From Capsulimonadaceae bacterium (GTDB lineage Bacteria > Armatimonadota > Armatimonadia > Armatimonadales > Capsulimonadaceae), in contig OZ244065.1 of assembly GCA_965215505.1 (NCBI GenBank), positions 3,776,001-3,840,000 of the forward strand: 64,000 nucleotides of DNA, written 5' to 3'. The translations under genes and the position numbers were made by a program. Shown here one piece after another: positions 30,963 through 45,552 of the stretch (the stretch's first letter is position 1; each line of letters opens with the position of its first letter). The notes under the pieces are model-generated. The model made no database searches and was not told the origin of the DNA. It saw nothing but the letters and a program-made list of their open reading frames with translations.

Positions 30963-31838
30963 TTACTGCATCTGCCGGCGGAAAGCGCCGGGGCTGAGGT
31001 GGTAGTGACGCCGGAACACCTTGCAGAGATGGTTGGCGTCCGCGAAGCCGGTCGCGGCGGCGATGACCGCCAGCGTGTGGTCCGTCGCCAGCAGGCGCTG
31101 CGCGACCTGCTCCAAACGGACCTGGGCGACGAACTGGGCCGGGGGCAGGCCGGTCACGGCCCGGAAATGGTGGCTGAAGTGGCTGCGGCTCATCCCCCGC
31201 GACCGTGCCAGATGCGCCACATCGGGGGCATTGTCCAGCGTCCCCATCACCTCCCGGCGCACGTCCTCCAGCAGCCGCTCCCGCGCTGGCAGCGCGTACC
31301 GCCGCCCGTGTTCGTGCCGCTCATACTCCCACAGGAACTCGAACAACGCCTGCTCCTGCGCCCACTCGTCGCGGAATCCCCCCAAACAGGCACCCTCGAA
31401 CAGCCGGACCAATCGCGCTGCCACCAGGCCCTCCGGGTCCATCTCGCTCACCGCACTCCCCGCCGACTTGACCTGCTCCAGGCGCGCGACGACGTGGGGG
31501 TGGTTGAACATGAGCCAGAAGAACGTCCAGCCCGGCGATTCGGGCGGCAGGCGGTAGACGTGCGCCGAAGGCACCTGGGCGGCGAACGTCCCCCCCGGCG
31601 TCAGGCGGTGCGACTCCCCGTTCTCCTCATAGACGCCCCAGCCCGCCAGGGTGTACTGGAAGATGACATAAGGGCGGGAGGCCATGTGTCGCCGCAGGCC
31701 GTCCCAATGGTACGCCGTGCCTGCCGGGCGCTCCTCAAGCCCCGCGCTCAGATATTGGCCGGACGACGACAGCAGCACCCCTGGGCGGTGCGCCGCCGCC
31801 AGGCGTTCCAGGCTCTGCCGCAGCGCAGAATGACTCAC
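30963..31838 (-). CDS. AraC-family transcriptional regulator
   Basis: Cupin-like N-terminus; MSRSHFSHHFRAVTG, IAAATGFADANHLCKVFRRHY.LSPG.FR. Confidence 0.93.
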   Translation of the reverse strand: MSHSALRQSLERLAAAHRPGVLLSSSGQYLSAGLEERPAGTAYHWDGLRRHMASRPYVIFQYTLAGWGVYEENGESHRLTPGGTFAAQVPSAHVYRLPPESPGWTFFWLMFNHPHVVARLEQVKSAGSAVSEMDPEGLVAARLVRLFEGACLGGFRDEWAQEQALFEFLWEYERHEHGRRYALPARERLLEDVRREVMGTLDNAPDVAHLARSRGMSRSHFSHHFRAVTGLPPAQFVAQVRLEQVAQRLLATDHTLAVIAAATGFADANHLCKVFRRHYHLSPGAFRRQMQ

Positions 31839-31868
31839 ATACAGACCCTCCCAGGATTATATAGCATA

Positions 31869-31897
31869 TTGTCAGAACAAATCGGCCCCTGTATAAT
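31869..31897 (+). promoter_or_regulatory. Sigma70 promoter of CAZyme cluster
   Basis: TTGTCA-N17-TATAAT. Confidence 0.75.
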
Positions 31898-31944
31898 AAT
31901 CACAAAGCGACAACAGCTCTTCCACCGACGAAGGAGTCAGCGAA

Positions 31945-33603
31945 TTGAAACCCTCTCGATTGTTCAGGGCGGCCCTCGCCGCCGTCACCGGCCTGGCCGT
32001 CGCCGGGACCGCCGCCGCGCTCGTCTCGGCGGCGCGGGCCGACGACGCCGGGCGGGGCGCATCCCTCCAGGGTGCCCCGACGCTCCGCAAGCAGGGCGAC
32101 GCCGTCCAACTGGTCGTGGACGGGAAGCCGTTCCTGATGCTCGGCGGCGAGCTGCTGAACTCAAGCTCGTCGAGCCTCCCCTACATGACGAAGCTCTGGA
32201 CCCACATGAACGACCTGCACGCGAACACCGTGCTGACCCCGGTTTCGTGGGAGCAGATCGAGCCGAAGGAAGGCGTCTACGACTTCTCGCTCGTGGACGG
32301 CCTGATCCGGGACGCCCGCAAGCACGACCTCCACCTCGTGCTGCTCTGGCTGGCGAGCTGGAAGAACGGCATGTCCAGCTACCAGCCGCTCTGGGCCAAG
32401 GCGGACTACAAGCGGTTCCCGCGCGCCGCCCGGTCGGACGGCTCCCCCATGCAGGTCTGGAGCACCCTCTCCGAAAACAACTGGAAGGCGGACGGGAGCG
32501 CCTTCGCCGCCCTGATGCACCACCTGCGCGACTTCGACCAGCGCGACCATACCGTGCTGATGGTGCAGGTCGAGAACGAGGTGGGCGTGCTGGGGGACTC
32601 GCGGGACCGCTCCGAAGCCGCGAACGCCGCCTTCGCGGGTCAGGTGCCCGCCGCCCTGATGCAGCACCTCACCAAAAACGACGCCGCCCTCGTCCCGGAG
32701 TTCCGCGCCCTCTGGGTGAAGGCCGGCCAGAAGCCCTCCGGAACCTGGGAGGAGATCTTCGGGGCCGGGCCGCACACGGACGAGATCTTCATGGCCTGGA
32801 ACTACGCGCGCTATGTGGACCATGTGGCCGCTGCCGGCAAGGCTTCCTACCCCATCCCGCTTTACGCGAACGCCTGGCTCAACGACCCCATGGACTCCAA
32901 GCCCGGCAACTACCCCAGCGGATGCCCCGAGTCCCATGTGATAGACGTCTGGCAGGCCGGTGCCCCGCACCTCGACATGCTCGCCCCTGACCTCTATGCC
33001 GGCAACTATCAGGAGCGCTGCGACCTCTACACCCGGCGCGGCAACACCCTGTTCGTCCCCGAGATGAACAGCGACGCCGGCGGCGCGCATAACATCTTCC
33101 TGGCGATCGGCCGGTACAATGCCCTCGGCACCTCCCCCTTCGGGATCGACCACACGCCCGGCGATGGGCCGTTCAGCAAGAGCTACGATGTGCTGGGCCA
33201 GATCGCGCCCTATTTCCTGGAGAACCAGGGGCTGGGTCGGACGACGGGCTTCGTCATTGACACCGACCACCCGCGCGTCACCACCCGGATGGGCGACTAT
33301 GACGTGGAGGTCTCGCTCGACTCGGTCTTCGGCCGCACCGCCTCGCTCGGCTACGGGATCGTGATCCAGACCGGGCCGAACGAGTTCCTGGGGGCCGGGA
33401 GCGGCTTCCGGGTCGCCTTCCACCCCCTGACGCCCGGCCCCAAATACGGCGGCATCGGCACAGTGCAGGAGGGCACGTTCCAGAAGGGCGCGTGGGTTCC
33501 GGGGCGGCGGCTCAACGGCGACGAGACCGACCAGGGTAGCGGGTGGCGGTTCTCGAGCTTCCAGACTGCCATCGAGAAGTGTACCGTGTACCGGTACGAG
33601 TAG
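31945..33603 (+). CDS. GH35 beta-galactosidase-like protein (DUF5597 C-terminus)
   Basis: DGKPFLMLGGELLNSS, WEQIEPKEG.YDF, WKNGMSSY, QVENE, APDLY, GRRLNGDE; signal peptide. Confidence 0.88.
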   Translation: MKPSRLFRAALAAVTGLAVAGTAAALVSAARADDAGRGASLQGAPTLRKQGDAVQLVVDGKPFLMLGGELLNSSSSSLPYMTKLWTHMNDLHANTVLTPVSWEQIEPKEGVYDFSLVDGLIRDARKHDLHLVLLWLASWKNGMSSYQPLWAKADYKRFPRAARSDGSPMQVWSTLSENNWKADGSAFAALMHHLRDFDQRDHTVLMVQVENEVGVLGDSRDRSEAANAAFAGQVPAALMQHLTKNDAALVPEFRALWVKAGQKPSGTWEEIFGAGPHTDEIFMAWNYARYVDHVAAAGKASYPIPLYANAWLNDPMDSKPGNYPSGCPESHVIDVWQAGAPHLDMLAPDLYAGNYQERCDLYTRRGNTLFVPEMNSDAGGAHNIFLAIGRYNALGTSPFGIDHTPGDGPFSKSYDVLGQIAPYFLENQGLGRTTGFVIDTDHPRVTTRMGDYDVEVSLDSVFGRTASLGYGIVIQTGPNEFLGAGSGFRVAFHPLTPGPKYGGIGTVQEGTFQKGAWVPGRRLNGDETDQGSGWRFSSFQTAIEKCTVYRYE

Positions 33604-33623
33604 GCCGGCAAGGAGTGAGCCGG

Positions 33624-33779
33624 AACGAGTGATTGAAATCACTCGCTGATCGGGACCTGTCCAGGGGACAGAAGAAGGATACGAGGGAAACAGAAGAGGG
33701 AACGGGCCAGGGTGGCATCACCCTGTTTTCGCGTCCCCTGGACGCTTCCGCCCGGAGCGAGTGATTTTAATCACTCGTT
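33624..33779. repeat. REPIN/MITE-like element, family A copy 4
   Basis: AACGAGTGATTGAAATCACTCGCT...AGCGAGTGATTTTAATCACTCGTT. Confidence 0.9.
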
Positions 33780-33840
33780 TTCCTCTCGCCAGCCATCTGT
33801 GGGCACCAGTGCGTAACGTCAGCCAGTAAGGAGAGGCCCC

Positions 33841-36509
<2,669 letters not shown>

Positions 36510-36548
36510 GACAGGACGGTAACTGATTTAAAGACTGTACGCAGACCT

Positions 36549-36655
36549 GGCGACTAAAGTCGCGGCAACAAAGGCACGAAGTCCGCCTGCGCGGACTCAG
36601 ACTCCGAACCTGCGAAGGCAGGTTTCGTGAACTCGTTGCAGCGGTTTCAACCGCC
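36549..36655. repeat. REPIN-like element, family B copy 2
   Basis: Same termini as 6188-6294 with interior in opposite orientation. Confidence 0.8.
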
Positions 36656-36695
36656 GGTCCAGAGCTTTTATACGGTCTCCTAGGAAATACCAGCC

Positions 36696-38228
36696 ATGCG
36701 CCTCTCCCGACGCCAATTCCTGATGCAGAGCGCGGCGGCCACCGCCGCCGGGCTTGCCGCGCCGCTGTGGCTCCCCGGCCCCGCCGGGGCGGAGGCCGTC
36801 GCCACGGCGGGCAGCGAGCCGCGCGTGATCGGCGCGGGGACAGTAGGCCCCGACATCCACCGGGGCGCGACCCCGGCCGCCATTCCGCCCGGCCTCTTCC
36901 AGCCGGACTCGGACTCGATCCGCCGGCACTACAAGCCGCCGCAGTGGTTCAGCGACGCCCGCTTCGGCATCTTCATCCACTGGGGGCTGTATGCGGTCCC
37001 CGCCTACCACAACGAGTGGTATGCCCGCCACATGTACGGCGCGTTCGCCCAGTACCAGACCGACCACTATGGGCCGCCGGACAAGTTCGGCTACAAGGAC
37101 TTCATCCCGCTGTTCAAGGCCGAGAGGTTCGACCCTGACGCCTGGGCCACGCTCTTCAAGAAGTCCGGGGCTAGGTATGTCGTCCCGTGCGGCGAGCATC
37201 ACGACGGCTTCGCCTTGTGGGACAGCAGCCTGACCCGTTGGTGCGCCGGCAAGATGGGGCCGAAGCGGGACCTGATCGGGGACCTGTCCAAAGCCATCAA
37301 GAAGCAGGGGTTGGTGTTCGGCGTCTCCAGCCACCGCATGGAGCATCACAGCTTCATGTACCCGACCACCAAGGTCAAAACGGACCTGTTCGACCCCGCC
37401 TACGCCGACTTCTACGGGCCGCCGATCCAGGAGCAGATGGACGCCGGCGGGGCCTCACCGGCGTTCCAGGACGACTGGCTGGCCCGATGCCAGGAGCTGA
37501 TTGACAAGTATCAGCCGCAGATGCTCTGGTTTGACGCTGGGGTGGATGCCCCCGAGTACCGGGCCGTCCTGCTGCGCTGTGCCGCCTTCTACTATAACCG
37601 GGCGGCCGGGTGGGGCAAGGAGGTCTCGCTGAGTACCAAAGACTCGCGCCTGGCCGGCAGCATCCTGGACTTCGAAAAGGGGGGGCGCGGCCCCAAGGAC
37701 ATCCTGGGCGGGGCGTGGCAGATCGACGACCAGATCGCGACCAACTCCTGGGGCTACATCAACGACATCAAGTACCGCAGCGCGGCCTCGATCCTCGGCG
37801 AGCTGATTGACGCTTCCAGCAAAGGCGGGAACCTGCTGCTGAACATCTCCCCGAAGGCGGACGGGACCATCCCCGACGAGCAGCAGCAGATCCTGCTGAC
37901 GGTGGGCAAGTGGCTGGAGACGAACGGCGAGGCGATCTACGGCACCCGCCCGTGGACGCGCTTTGCCGACGGGCCGTTCCACTTCACCACGGGGAGCGGC
38001 GCGCTCTACGCTATCGGGGCCGTCGGGGCGGATGTCCCCGCCGTCATCCCCTCACTCGCCACGGGCGCATCGGGCAAGGTGTCGGGCGTGCGCCTGCTGG
38101 GCCGGCCGGGCGAGTTAAAGTTCTCGCAGGACGCGGACGGCCTGAAGGTCCAGATGCCGCCGGGAGCGCCGGACCGGTACGCCTCCGTCCTCAAGATCAC
38201 TGGCCTCAAGACCACGGGGACAGTTTAG
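36696..38228 (+). CDS. Tat-exported alpha-L-fucosidase GH29
   Basis: SRRQFL; WFSDARFGIFIHWG, EHHDGF, LWFD, SKGGNLLLNI, NGEAIYGTRPW. Confidence 0.92.
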   Translation: MRLSRRQFLMQSAAATAAGLAAPLWLPGPAGAEAVATAGSEPRVIGAGTVGPDIHRGATPAAIPPGLFQPDSDSIRRHYKPPQWFSDARFGIFIHWGLYAVPAYHNEWYARHMYGAFAQYQTDHYGPPDKFGYKDFIPLFKAERFDPDAWATLFKKSGARYVVPCGEHHDGFALWDSSLTRWCAGKMGPKRDLIGDLSKAIKKQGLVFGVSSHRMEHHSFMYPTTKVKTDLFDPAYADFYGPPIQEQMDAGGASPAFQDDWLARCQELIDKYQPQMLWFDAGVDAPEYRAVLLRCAAFYYNRAAGWGKEVSLSTKDSRLAGSILDFEKGGRGPKDILGGAWQIDDQIATNSWGYINDIKYRSAASILGELIDASSKGGNLLLNISPKADGTIPDEQQQILLTVGKWLETNGEAIYGTRPWTRFADGPFHFTTGSGALYAIGAVGADVPAVIPSLATGASGKVSGVRLLGRPGELKFSQDADGLKVQMPPGAPDRYASVLKITGLKTTGTV

Positions 38229-38232
38229 CCCT

Positions 38233-40397
<2,165 letters not shown>

Positions 40398-40432
40398 GCC
40401 CGACGGCACTGCTGCCGAAAGGACAATGGTTG

Positions 40433-42940
40433 ATGTGGTATCCTGGAAGAAGATGGATCGCTTTGCTGACCGGGCTGCTGGTGATGGCCGCCGCCGCGCC
40501 GCCGAGCGCCGCCGCTACGCCCAGGCCGCCACGGCAAGAGTTATCTTTCGACCGTGACTGGCAGTTTCATCTTGGCGATGTTGTCGGTGCGGACCAGCCG
40601 GGTTTCGGCGACGCGGCCTGGCGGCCCGTTGACCTGCCGCACGACTGGAGCATTGAGGGGCCGGTCGGCCCGGACCAGGCCCCGATGGACGGGCCGTTTG
40701 ATCGGTCTTCGCCCGCCGGGGCGAACGCGGCCTACCTGAACGGCGGCGTCGGGTGGTATCGCAAGACGTTCACCCCGCCCGCGCTCGGAGGGCGGCGTTT
40801 CGCGCTCCTCTTCGACGGTGCCTACATGGACAGCGATGTCTGGCTCAACGGGCACCACCTGGGCAACCACCCCTACGGCTACACCAGCTTCTCGTATGAC
40901 CTGACGCCCTTCCTAAGCCTCGGCAAGAACGTGGTCGCCGTGCGGCTGAACGCGCAGCAGCCCGCCTCCCGCTATTACACCGGGGCGGGCCTCTACCGGC
41001 ACGTCCATCTGATCGTGACAGCCCCCGTCCACCTGGCGCAGTGGGGAACCTACGTCACGACGCCGCAGGCCGCGCCCACCGGCGCGCGGGTGCGCGTACA
41101 GACCCAGGTGGACAACGACGGCCCCCAGGCCGCCGGGGCGGCCCTCATCACCACGCTCTTCGACCCGGCCGGGAAAGAAGTCGCGCGGCAGGCCGCCAAT
41201 AAGCAGATCGCCCCCGGCGGCCACGCCGCGTTCGACCAGACCCTCCCGCTCCGCAGCGCGCGGCTCTGGTCGTGCGACACGCCCGTCCTGTACCGGGCGG
41301 TGAGCGAGGTGCGCGTCGGCTCGGCACTCAGCGACTCGGCCGCCACGCCGTTCGGCATCCGCACCATCGCCTTCACCAAGGGCAACGGGTTCCTGCTGAA
41401 CGGCCGGCGCGTGCAGATCAAGGGCGTCTGCGACCACCACGACCTGGGCTGCCTCGGTGCCGCCGCCCTGCGTCGCGGGTTCGAGCGCCAGCTTGAGATC
41501 CTGAAGGGGATGGGCTGCAACGCCGTCCGCATGAGCCACAACCCGCCCTCGCCGGAACTGCTCGATTTGTGCGACCGAATGGGCTTCCTGGTCATGGACG
41601 AGTCATTCGACGAGTGGCAGGAGAGCCACAACAAATATGGCTACGGGCGCTTCTTCGACAAATGGAGCGAGCCGGACATGGTGAGCATGCTGGACCGGGA
41701 CCGCAACCACCCAAGCATCATCCTGTGGAGCATCGGCAACGAGATCCTGGAAGGGCGGGAAGGCACCCCGACCGCCGGGCCGCTGGCCTTGCGTCTGGCG
41801 GCCATCTGCCACCGGGAAGACCCGACGCGGCCCGTGACCTCGGCGGGCGCGAACGCCAGCAATGCCTGGAAGAGCGGGCTGGGGAAGGCGCTCGACGTCT
41901 TCGGCGTCAACTACGATGAACCCTTTTACTTCGACCGGAACAAGCCGGGCGGGGACAGCACCGTTGCGACCGACCCCACCGGCTACCACGGCGAGCTGCC
42001 GATGATCGGCAGCGAAACCTCCTCCCAGGTGGACTCGCGGGGCGAGTACGGCCTGCGCCTCGACGCCCAGGGCGCGGTCCAGATCACGGCGAGGCTAAAC
42101 AACCAGGTCTCCAGCTACGACCTTACCCGGCCCCCGTGGGCTTCTTCGGGCGAGACCGACTTGCTCGCACTGAGGAACGCGCCCTGGGTCGCGGGCGAGT
42201 TCGTCTGGACCGGGTTCGACTACCTCGGCGAGCCGACCCCCTTCCGGTGGCCGTCGCGCTCCTCCTATTTCGGCCTGCTGGACCTGTGCGGCTTCCCCAA
42301 GGACCGCTACTACCTCTACAAGAGCCAGTGGAGCGACGCACCGCTCGTCCACCTCCTGCCGTCATCCTGGACCTGGCCCGGTTTCGAGGGCAAGCCGATC
42401 CCGGTCCGCGTCTTCACCAACGCCGACACGGTCGCGCTGTCCCTGAACGGCGTCTCCCTGGGCGTGAAGACCTTCGCGACCGAGGCGAAACAACTGCACC
42501 TGGAATGGGATGTCCCCTACGCGCCCGGCGTCCTGAAAGCGGTGGCGAGGAAGAACGGCAAGGTGGTCGCCACGGATGAGCTTCATACCGCCGGGCCGCC
42601 GGCGTGGGTTTCGCTGATCCCCGACCGTGCGCGGATCGCGGGCGACGGCTTGGACCTTTCTTTCCTCAAAGTCACGGTCCTGGACAAAGACGGCAATGTC
42701 TGCCCCGACGCGGACACCGAGCTTCACTTTGCCCTTCAAGGGACATCGGCGCGGATCGCCGGGCTGGACAACGGCGACGCGACAAACCATGAGCCGTTCC
42801 AGGGGACGCAGCACAAAGCTTATCACGGGCTTGCCCTCGCCGTGCTGAGGTCGCGCCCCGGCACCGTCGGCCCCGTCACGCTCACCGTGTCTGCGGACGG
42901 CCTGCCGCCCGCCTCGGCGACCGTCACCGTCACCAGATGA
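40433..42940 (+). CDS. GH2 beta-galactosidase-like protein (DUF4982)
   Basis: LPHDWSIE, WYRKTF, HHDLG, RMSHNP, NHPSIILWSIGNE, WTGFDYLGE. Confidence 0.93.
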   Translation: MWYPGRRWIALLTGLLVMAAAAPPSAAATPRPPRQELSFDRDWQFHLGDVVGADQPGFGDAAWRPVDLPHDWSIEGPVGPDQAPMDGPFDRSSPAGANAAYLNGGVGWYRKTFTPPALGGRRFALLFDGAYMDSDVWLNGHHLGNHPYGYTSFSYDLTPFLSLGKNVVAVRLNAQQPASRYYTGAGLYRHVHLIVTAPVHLAQWGTYVTTPQAAPTGARVRVQTQVDNDGPQAAGAALITTLFDPAGKEVARQAANKQIAPGGHAAFDQTLPLRSARLWSCDTPVLYRAVSEVRVGSALSDSAATPFGIRTIAFTKGNGFLLNGRRVQIKGVCDHHDLGCLGAAALRRGFERQLEILKGMGCNAVRMSHNPPSPELLDLCDRMGFLVMDESFDEWQESHNKYGYGRFFDKWSEPDMVSMLDRDRNHPSIILWSIGNEILEGREGTPTAGPLALRLAAICHREDPTRPVTSAGANASNAWKSGLGKALDVFGVNYDEPFYFDRNKPGGDSTVATDPTGYHGELPMIGSETSSQVDSRGEYGLRLDAQGAVQITARLNNQVSSYDLTRPPWASSGETDLLALRNAPWVAGEFVWTGFDYLGEPTPFRWPSRSSYFGLLDLCGFPKDRYYLYKSQWSDAPLVHLLPSSWTWPGFEGKPIPVRVFTNADTVALSLNGVSLGVKTFATEAKQLHLEWDVPYAPGVLKAVARKNGKVVATDELHTAGPPAWVSLIPDRARIAGDGLDLSFLKVTVLDKDGNVCPDADTELHFALQGTSARIAGLDNGDATNHEPFQGTQHKAYHGLALAVLRSRPGTVGPVTLTVSADGLPPASATVTVTR

Positions 42941-42953
42941 GAAAGAGGCGTGT

Positions 42954-44132
42954 ATGATAAAGATGAGACGACTCGCTTTCCTTGGGCTGATGATCCTCGG
43001 CGTTCTATTTCCCGCCGTCGCCGCCTTCGCACAGGCCGTGCCGCCGCCCGGCAAGCCCGTCTCGCGCCAGGGGCCGTTCCTCCTGGGCGCGGACGTCTCG
43101 TGGATACCCGAGGAGGAGGCCGCCGGGGCGACCTACTATGACGACGGCGTCAAGACGGACATCTTCGCCATCCTCAAGAAGTACAAGTTCAATTACATCC
43201 GGCTGAGGATATTCGTCAACCCGCAGGCCCCCGGCGGCTATGCCGCTGGTCGGCCCGAAGCCTTCTGCGATCTGGCGCACACGGAGGCCATGGCGAAGCG
43301 GGTCAAGGCCGCCGGCATGGGGTTCCTGCTGGACTTCCACTATTCGGACACCTGGGCCTCGCCGGGCAAGCAGTTCAAGCCGCTGGCCTGGAAGGACCTC
43401 AGCTTTCCCGAACTGACCGAGACGGTCCACACCTATACGCGGAGCGTGGTCCGGGCACTCAAAGACCAGGGGACGCCCCCGGACATGGTCGCGGTCGGCA
43501 ACGAGGTCACGGACGGGATGCTGTTCCCGGACGGGCGGGCGTCTAATTTCGACCATTTTGCGGCCCTGGTCAAAGCCGGCATTTCCGGCGTGAAGGACGT
43601 TGACCCGAACATCAAGATCATGCTCCACCACCACCTGGGCCGCAGCGACCTGGTGGTCCGGGCGTGGGTGGACAACATGCTCGCCCGAGGCGTCCAGTTC
43701 GACGTCCTGGGCCTCTCCTGCTACGCCCAGGCGCATGACGGGGACTGGAAGACCACCTTTGACGATGTCTCCGCCCGGTATCCCGACAAGCTGATCGTCG
43801 CCGCCGAGTATACCGGCCACAAGCGCCTCCTGAACGATCTGGTCTACAACACGCCCGGAAAGCGCGGGCTGGGCACCTTCCTCTGGGAGCCGATCCAGTA
43901 CCGGGAAGCGATCTTCGACAAGGACGGCAGGAACGCGGGCGGCGGGGCAACCCCGGTCCAGGAGCGGCCCGGCTTCGCCAACACCATTCCGACCACCCCC
44001 GCGCCGCCGACAGTGTCCGTCACGCCACCGGCCCCGCGACCGCCTCGCGGTCCCTGGAACGGTGGGCGTTACGATACCAACGACTTCATCAAGCTTTATC
44101 CGCAGATGTCCGCCGACTACGGCAATAAGTGA
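42954..44132 (+). CDS. GH53 endo-beta-1,4-galactanase
   Basis: GADVS, IRLRIFVNP, LDFHYSDTWA.PG.Q, VGNE, WEP. Confidence 0.92.
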   Translation: MIKMRRLAFLGLMILGVLFPAVAAFAQAVPPPGKPVSRQGPFLLGADVSWIPEEEAAGATYYDDGVKTDIFAILKKYKFNYIRLRIFVNPQAPGGYAAGRPEAFCDLAHTEAMAKRVKAAGMGFLLDFHYSDTWASPGKQFKPLAWKDLSFPELTETVHTYTRSVVRALKDQGTPPDMVAVGNEVTDGMLFPDGRASNFDHFAALVKAGISGVKDVDPNIKIMLHHHLGRSDLVVRAWVDNMLARGVQFDVLGLSCYAQAHDGDWKTTFDDVSARYPDKLIVAAEYTGHKRLLNDLVYNTPGKRGLGTFLWEPIQYREAIFDKDGRNAGGGATPVQERPGFANTIPTTPAPPTVSVTPPAPRPPRGPWNGGRYDTNDFIKLYPQMSADYGNK

Positions 44133-44209
44133 ACAGGCCGCCGTGAAAGAGGAGAAGTCAAGACCGGGGTCGAAGTCCCGACCATGCCGCCGGGTGCAGT
44201 TGCTCCACG

Positions 44210-44345
44210 AATGGCACGGCTAGACGGCCTTCGGCCACGAAGTACCGCTTCGCGGCACTCAGAACCAATCTTAGCCCCGCGAAGCGGGGGTTTATGGCGT
44301 CCGCGCCGTATACCCCACTAAAACCCTAGCCGTGCCATTCATGGC
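44210..44345. repeat. REP-like element (GAATGGCACGGCTAG / CTAGCCGTGCCATTC termini)
   Basis: Inverted termini; related TAGACCGGCCATTCATGGCCGG at 30917 and 60474. Confidence 0.7.
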
Positions 44346-44384
44346 ATGGTCCGATGGGCGCTGGAAATTACCAGGAGTTTTATC

Positions 44385-45539
44385 ATGTCATCTAATCACT
44401 CGCGCGTATCCACTATCTTCGGTCCCGGCGTCGCGCTGACGGCGGCCGGCCTGGCGCTGGCCGCCTCCTGCTTCGGGCAGGCGACGCCTTCCAGTCCCAA
44501 AACCCCCGCCCCGAAGACCTTCATTGACTACTTCAAGCCGACGCCGATGACGGGTCCCCTTGCGTCGGACGTCTGGGGCGCGGCGGCGGTTTCGCCGCGT
44601 GACCCGAAGAACGGGCTGGAAGACCAGACCATGAAGCAGTGGGACTACTGGGACGGCCAGATCATCCGGGCGAAGGACGGCAAGTACCACATGTTCGCCA
44701 GCCGCTGGGACCAGGCCAAGGGCCACAACGGCTGGTTCGGCTCGCAGGCCGTCCACGCGGTCAGCGACAAAATCATCGGGCCGTATATTGACAAGGGGCT
44801 TTGCTGGCCGGACAATGAGGGCGGCAAGGGGCACAACGTCACCGCCCTGGTGCTGCCCGACGGGCGCTATGCGGTCGTGGTCAGCGAAACCCGGCCCGGC
44901 GACGTGTTCGTCTCCAAGTCTCTAGACGGACCCTGGGAGTATCTGGGCCGGATACAGGTCGCCGCCAACGAGTTCAGCGGCGGGGGCCGCATGTCCAACG
45001 TCAGCATCATGGTCCGGCCCGACGGCGGATTCCAGATCGTGCCGCGCTCCGGGGCCATCCTGATCAGCCGGACCGGCATCCTGGGACCCTACACGGTGCA
45101 GGGGCCGAGCGTCTACCCCACCGTCCCCGGCCTCCCGCAGCACGACCTGGGCAACCTGGAAGACCCGGTGGTGTGGTTCAGCGGGGGGCTGTATCACATC
45201 GTGGTCAACAACTGGAGCGACCGCAAGGCGTACCATCTCACCTCGGCGGACGGCATCACCGGCTGGACCTATCGGGGCCTGGCCTATGACCCGACGAGGG
45301 ACTTCGTGCGCTACACGAACGGGGCGGTCAACCATTGGAACAAGATGGAGCGCCCGAGCGTGCTGATCGAGAAGGGCCATGTGGTCGCCATGACTCTGGC
45401 GGTCATTGACGTCCCGAAAGACCAGGAGAACGGGAGCGACGCCCACGGCAGCAAGGTGATCGTCATCCCCTTCGACGGCGCATCCCTGGACCGCGACCTG
45501 AAGCGTGCTTCGGTGGCCTCAGCAGCACCGCCCAAATAG
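44385..45539 (+). CDS. Five-bladed propeller glycoside hydrolase (GH43-like clan)
   Basis: WDGQII...DGKYHMFASRW, GHN, SN.S, LEDP, KMERP; signal peptide. Confidence 0.75.
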   Translation: MSSNHSRVSTIFGPGVALTAAGLALAASCFGQATPSSPKTPAPKTFIDYFKPTPMTGPLASDVWGAAAVSPRDPKNGLEDQTMKQWDYWDGQIIRAKDGKYHMFASRWDQAKGHNGWFGSQAVHAVSDKIIGPYIDKGLCWPDNEGGKGHNVTALVLPDGRYAVVVSETRPGDVFVSKSLDGPWEYLGRIQVAANEFSGGGRMSNVSIMVRPDGGFQIVPRSGAILISRTGILGPYTVQGPSVYPTVPGLPQHDLGNLEDPVVWFSGGLYHIVVNNWSDRKAYHLTSADGITGWTYRGLAYDPTRDFVRYTNGAVNHWNKMERPSVLIEKGHVVAMTLAVIDVPKDQENGSDAHGSKVIVIPFDGASLDRDLKRASVASAAPPK

Positions 45540-45552
45540 CGAAGGAAACCGA

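Noticed and set aside
30363-32990. 875-aa plus-strand ORF
   Set aside because: Overlaps AraC (antisense) and GH35 (other frame); R/P/G-rich shadow
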